Below are positions 58,615-64,000 of a stretch of DNA of 64,000 nucleotides, in pieces. Position 1 is the first letter of the stretch, and the number at the start of each line of letters is the position of its first letter. This stretch comes from Macrostomum hystrix. Its lineage: Eukaryota > Animalia > Platyhelminthes. Both the position numbers and the translations under genes were made by a program. A model generated the notes under the pieces. The model was not told where the DNA came from, did not search any database, and saw nothing but the letters and a program-made list of their open reading frames with translations. The DNA is taken from NCBI GenBank assembly GCA_950097015.1, contig CATNEN010000039.1, positions 19,964,001 to 20,028,000 on the forward strand. Direction: 5' to 3'.

Positions 58615-61600
58615 TCACAACGATGGTGGCTTTGTAATGACCGGCCCGAACAGCGCCTTGTACTTGCTGCGCCGATTTTCGCCAAGGAAGTAATCACACC
58701 AGGCCGTCAGGTATTCGTCAGATGAGATCCTATTGTCCTGGCCGGTTGTTGAATGAGAACGAGTCGTATTCGTTCGTATTCCACCCAACCTATACTGGGC
58801 ATTCTCTTGGGATTCTTCCCAACCTATACTGGGCATTCTCTTGGGATTCTTCCCAACCTAAACTGGGCATTCTCTTGGGATTCTTCCCAACCTATACTGA
58901 GCATTCTCTTGGGATTCTTCCCAACCTAAACTGGGCATTCTCTTGGGATTCTTCCCAACCTATACTGGGCATTCTCTTGGGACTCTTCCCAACCTATACT
59001 GGGCATTCTCTTGGGATTCTTCCCAACCTATACTGAGCATTCTCTTGGGATTCTTCCCAACCTAAACTGGGCATTCTCTTGGGATTCTTCCCAACCTATA
59101 CTGGGCATTCTCTTGGGATTCTTCCCAACCTAAACTGGGCATTCTCTTGGGATTCTTCCCAACCTATACTGGGCATTCTCTTGGGATTCTTCCCAACCTA
59201 TACTGAGCATTCTCTTGGGATTCTTCCCAACCTATACTGGGCATTCTCTTGGGATTCTTCCCAACCTTAACTTCCCATTCTCTTATCATTCTTCCCAACC
59301 TTAACTTCCCATTCTCTTGGGATTCTTCCCAACCTAAACTTCGAATTGTTTTGGGATTCGCCCCTCTCTAAAGTTTACATTCTGGTACTTTTGGATTCTT
59401 CCCCTTCTCTTGGGATTTGACTTCCATCCGTTCTTTCTATTCTTAGGAGAAAATTGACCTTCAATTATTCTTCTCTCTTGTTGAGATTTTATCCCATTGT
59501 CACCTTGTCCAAGTCCAGCACGGTGAAGAATCCGTCGGCCTCCTCTCTGGTGACGCCCCAGGCCTCCTGGATGTTGCGATACTCCTGCAGCTGAATGTAG
59601 CCGTCGCCAGAGGTTTCAACGGCTTTGAAGAAGGTCCAGCCGAACTGGTCGATCACGTGACGATATTTGCCATTGATTAGAGCGCGCATGTTCTTGATGA
59701 ATTCCTTCTCGCTGATGGAGGCCATGTGCTTGCCTGATTGAAATATTTAGAAACTGCAGCTCATTGTGTTTCATAACAGATCCTTTGTCCTATAGTAACG
59801 ACTTGGTATGCTGCCTGTGTATGGCTGTTTGAGTTCAGGGGCGTCGGACGGATTTGAAAATTGGTTCGTCGTTAAGGGTGGAAAAATTCTGTTCAGATGG
59901 TGGACTTTCAAGAAAATCGGTTATTCGGAGAAAATAGCTTGGCCTTCTGAATTTAGCAGCAACTTTGATTTCAAGCAATCCAAATTATAGTCGGGCTATA
60001 AGGCTATAGTCGGGAATCGAACCCCTGACCTTCAAGTCCTGAGTCCACTGGGCTACACAGCCGACAGCCACTCATACGTCAATGTAATCGGTCATTAATA
60101 TACAGATGATGTGTAACACCTGTTCAGTAGATAAATCAAGCATGGTGATTCACCTATATACGAGTACATTAAGCTGAAATAATTACCGTCTTTGTCCACC
60201 GCGATGTACTTAATAAAAATGGACAGAATTGCCCGCATCACTGCGCTGCCGCGCTGCCTATTCAGGTGACTGCGCACTGACAGCCTCCTGGCTATCTGGA
60301 TGAAGTCCTGGCAGCTGAGCTTGCCCTCTTTGCTAATGTCCAACCGGCGGAACATGCAGCGCATTTTGCCCTCCCAATAGGGTCCGCAGGCCACCTCGCC
60401 GAAGTCTTCAGGACGTTTGTAGTTGATAAGGGGGCCGAATACTCGCAAGCCTTTGGATTGGGGAAAACTGGTGAGATTATGTTTGAGTTCAAGCAGACAA
60501 GATCATCTGGGGCCAGCTGAGAAGGCTACTCGAGTCTTTTCCCTCTAAACTTGCCATTCTCTTGGGATTTTTTCCCCTCTAAACTTGTCGTTCACCTGGG
60601 ATTTAACTCCCCTAGATTGTTCCCATAGCAATAATTATAATGATGCAGGAGGGCTGCAGGCAATGGCACATTATTTGGTGACACTAGACCCGCAACCAGC
60701 GAGGCGGCAACTCTGCCTATTCCGCTGACTCCTGAGCACACACGCACACAGATACCGTACGCAGGCATACGCTCACACAGGTGTACATCTGCCCTGACTT
60801 TCTCATCGTCAGGCAGTGTACACTCTCACTGTGCCTTGGAGGTTGGCCCCCTTAAGCGCGTAAATTGCACGACAAGCCCTAAGCCTTGTCTCCGCGGCTG
60901 CGCCCCAAATAAATGTGACCTCGCAGCGGAATCGAGCTCAATGACCTTGTTGCTAGAGGCGAACGCGTTCACCGTTCTGCCACTCACACCCGATCGTTCC
61001 CATTCTTTTTTTGGACTTTTCGTAAATCGTTGAGGAGGCTGTAACGCGCAACAAAATCACTTTGGAAGGCCGGTTCAGTAGGTAACAGACTATGTGATGG
61101 TGCGATTCGCTTATTATGCTAGATAAGTAGAAACGGACTTTCCCGTTTTGCTAAATCGGTATATGTCCGGAGTTATGTCCGTGATGTCCGGAGTTTCAAT
61201 CTCAGCCACAGAGATACTATTTGTGTAGTGTGACTAATCTAATTACCTGTTTTCTCGTCGTCGCTATAGAAATAGTTAGCTATCGTGGCCCGAAACATGT
61301 CCAGACTCATCTTGCCCTTGTGCTCAGGATCCTCCTGCAGCTTGAAGATGAGCTCAGAGTCCTGTTTGGGCACTTTAAAAGTGCGCATCAGAGTCTGGTA
61401 CTCGAGCAGGCTGATTAGGCCATCCCTGTCGCAGTCGGCGGCTCGAAAGAGCGGCTTGACAAAGCCCTCGAACAGGAACTCCTTGAAGCTGGTGTTGAAA
61501 CACTTCTTCAGGCTCTCAATGAGGTCATTCTCCAGCAGCTGGTGATGACTACGATACTCTTCGTCAACGGAGGTGCACAGGAAGCCGTACCAGAGATGGA

Positions 61601-61814
61601 TCATGGCTTTGACCAGGGCGTCGCCAGCTTCAGTAGCCATTTTAGGAAATGCGTCCAACAGCAAAGTTGACAGCTCGATGATGTCGTCAAGGCACAGGTA
61701 GCCGTTGCCAACCGCATCCAGCTGCTTGTAGAGTGTGCGCATCTTGCGCAGCCAAAATTCACCGAGTGCACACTCGGGCAACTCCAGCTCAGTCTTTGTT
61801 GAAGTAGCCTGCAT
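58615..61814 (-). CDS. EF-hand protein with two tandem sarcoplasmic Ca-binding (SCP/calexcitin-like) domains; 5' end uncertain
   Basis: Exons 61814 (or acceptor at 61808)-61247, 60450-60187, 59733-59504 and 58737-58615. EF loops DAVGNGYLCLDD, DCDRDGLISLLE, DISKEGKLSCQD, ETSGDGYIQLQE and DLDKDNRISSDE. Each half starts (F/Y)W..KMR and ends (V/L)FGP. Confidence 0.88.
58783..59340. repeat. 34-bp minisatellite CCCAACCTATACTGGGCATTCTCTTGGGATTCTT
   Basis: ~16 tandem copies in the last intron of the EF-hand gene. Confidence 0.94.
60008..60062 (-). mobile_element. SINE family A head fragment
   Basis: Reverse complement TGTAGCCCAGTGG-ACTCAGGACTTGAAGGTCAGGGGTTCGATTCCCGAC resembles the 36712 head. Confidence 0.6.
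60635..60988 (-). mobile_element. tRNA-derived SINE family B, near full length
   Basis: A box TGGCAGAACGG, B-box-like GCTCGATTCC, internal hairpin, structured 3' end and AT-rich tail. Partial copies at 1503, 6312 and 46743. Confidence 0.85.
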
Positions 61815-61939
61815 ATTGGCGCGGCTTTGTTGACGTGTATTGATAGAACAAAACTAAACAAAAGAAGACACCAAGGCTAATGAAGGACAAGCTTTGTCCA
61901 GAGATCGCACTTATAGAAAAATTGTGCGACAAACTTGCT

Positions 61940-62420
61940 AGCAGAAAGTTGCCATATTTGTACTGCCGTGTGTTTTATGACAGAGATATTTTGCTGCAAA
62001 GCGGATCGACAACACAATCAACATAGATTATCTAAAACCTGAAAACATTGCTACAGCCAGAATATGCATTGCTACAGCCAGAATATGCGCATCCGCCTCT
62101 ATAGGTTGACATTTTTCTTGAAATTAAAGTTTTTTGGAAGCATCAGACGAAAATTTTTAATGGGAAACGTGGCGAAACGACCTCATTGGGCAGGTTCTTT
62201 AATCGCGCCGCACACAAGCAATCTTTATTGATTTTCGGCGCAGAAAGTGTCCATATTTGAACTGCCGAGGCCGAGGGTTTTATGACAGAGAGATATATAC
62301 CTACAGAATGGATTCGGCAGCCCAATCAACATTAGATTATCTAAAATCTGAAAACACTGCGCATCCACTTCTATAGGTTGGCATTTTTCTTAAAATTCAA
62401 GTTTTTTGCACGCATCAGAT
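61940..62420. repeat. Diverged direct duplication (~61940-62147 and ~62245-62420)
   Basis: Shared TTTTATGACAGAGA...AGATTATCTAAAA..TGAAAACA...CTATAGGTTG.CATTTTTCTT...GCATCAGA. Confidence 0.75.
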
Positions 62421-63158
62421 GGGCTACTCTTACACTGCTATATCCCGCACACCATATGCGATAATCTGTTTTTGCGCAGCCATGATGAAAGCATTGTGCT
62501 ACGAGCGAATATGAATCAGAGGCCTGGGGAGCCTTTATGTCTAGGAACTAAGGACCATGGGACAGAAGTCTATAATTAAAAGAATAAATTTTAGAAATTG
62601 TAAAGCCGTTATCCAGGGTAACCAAAACAACCAGTGTTGGGCATCGTTAACTTTTTTTAACGGATTAAACATCGATCCGTTAAAGTTAAAATTACAAAAA
62701 AGTTAACGTTTTACAACATAAGCCGTTAATTTCAGAAAAAGTTAACGTTTCAGCGTTAAAAAAGCGTTAATTTGAAAGCGTTAAAAAATAAAATTAATAA
62801 AGGGCACGAGAAACCAACACGGCAACACATGATTTCCAAAGTAATTTTCATGAGACACCATTTTCAAGTGGTGTTTCCAGAGTCAGCTGATGTATTAACA
62901 GTGTGACCACTGACCCCCGGGTAAAATATCAAAAGTAGCGCAGCAGTGAATAAAAGCCAAACCACACTACCAGGCAGTGCAGGCACTAGTCACAATCACA
63001 ACCGCACTACCAGTCTACCACTATACTAAAGTATACACTGATAGAACGACTCTAATATTGTAGAGACTTTTAACCAGTATATTGCACACCTCATCTATCT
63101 CAACTTCTGTAACTTTATTCTTTCCGTAAGAGAAACCAACATCATGCGTAGAAGCGGT

Positions 63159-63356
63159 TTGTGTGTGTGTTGGTTCAGATCCCTCGCTAGGCATACGGGG
63201 GGCGCGCCAGCGCGCCCGACGCCTCGACGAAGGCCCGCACCCCTTCTGGGTCGTTCTGCAGTGGGGACATAGAGCCTTTGATAGCCTCTGGGATGTGAAG
63301 CCGGCGCTCCTCCGCCCACCTGGGGCAGTCTAACAGGAAATGCCGGGTGTCTTCTT
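63159..63356 (-). mobile_element. 3' end of a non-LTR retrotransposon (C-terminal zinc-knuckle half, short UTR, (AC)n tail)
   Basis: 63354-63187 reads EDTRHFLLDCPRWAEERR...PPYA*, the ExxxHxxxxCP motif of LINE ORF2 C-termini, followed by ACACACACAC. Confidence 0.7.
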
Positions 63357-63360
63357 AGCG

Positions 63361-64000
63361 GCTAGGTCGGCCTGGTTGTTAACACCGACAAGACGGAGGT
63401 CCTGACGGTGCCAGCTGAGCTGCCTGCCAATATCACCTGCCGCGGCGCAAACGGTCACGCGGCCCCTCTACCCCGCTGCACGCGTTTCACATACCTCGGC
63501 GGGCTGGTACCCAGCGTTCAGGAGGACCTGGCGCGACGCAGAGGCCTGGCTTGGGCGGCCTTCCGCTCAGTCCGGGTTGTTCTGCAGAGCGCCGCGCTGC
63601 CAGATTGCCTGAGGTCTCGGCTGTTTCAGGCGGTGGTCGAGACCGTCCTGACCTACAACGCCGAGACGTGGACGCTGACCGAGACGCTGGAGAAGCGGCT
63701 GGACGCGGCCCACTCCAGCCTGTTGCGCGCGGCCTTCGGCATCTCTTACTCCGAGGTTGTCTCGAACGCGGCCCTCTACCGATGAGCCGGCCTGCGACCA
63801 CCCAGCGAGACCATCCGGCGGCGGCGGCGGCTGCAGCTGGCGGGCCACGTGATCCGCGCGGAAGCCTACTGCCCTGAAGCGGTGCAGGACGTCCTGCTGC
63901 TCACGCTGCGGGGCCCCTGGCGCCGGGGGCAGGTCAGGACGCGCCGTTACGTGGACTGCCTGCTTGCTGATGCCGGTGTCATCGACCGGACCAACGCTGC
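63361..64000 (+). mobile_element. 5'-truncated RTE-like non-LTR retrotransposon (RT C-terminal region) with premature stop
   Basis: GLVVNTDKTEV, FTYLGG, GLAWAAF, VVETVLTYNAETWTL and RRRRLQLAGHVIR. In-frame TGA at 63783-63785; runs off the window edge. Confidence 0.88.

Noticed and set aside
62632-62800. CAGTGTTGGG start with GTTAAC-rich subterminal motifs resembling a DNA-transposon end
   Set aside because: No matching opposite TIR in the window, so it cannot be supported.

Overview
Eukaryotic (animal) genomic DNA with GT-AG spliced genes, GC-rich exons and introns or intergenic gaps filled by many unrelated 5-35 bp tandem arrays. The style suggests a free-living flatworm such as Macrostomum, but that is inference. 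Spliced models were rebuilt by hand. In order: 5' part of a long-chain acyl-CoA synthetase (-), a DEG/ENaC channel (-), two small genes not recovered intact by the ORF track (a 31-aa Gly/His-rich MG-peptide and an ~89-aa acidic MGC-peptide, both -), SSUH2 (+), adenylate kinase 8 (-) head-to-head with SCYL3 (+), TLCD5/TMEM136 (+), a Myb/SANT-like (MSANTD-type) gene (-) and a double sarcoplasmic-Ca-binding EF-hand gene (-). Mobile DNA: two tRNA-derived SINE families (one chimeric copy), hAT-like and other MITEs, a mariner remnant, and two different LINE 3' ends joined back-to-back. Most notable: (i) the two putatively acylated microproteins, each behind a forkhead + RFX X-box module; (ii) a 16-bp minisatellite whose unit is itself an X-box; (iii) inverted minisatellite arrays inside one AK8 intron. 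Most long ORFs in the supplied track are repeat artefacts, and there is no CRISPR array.
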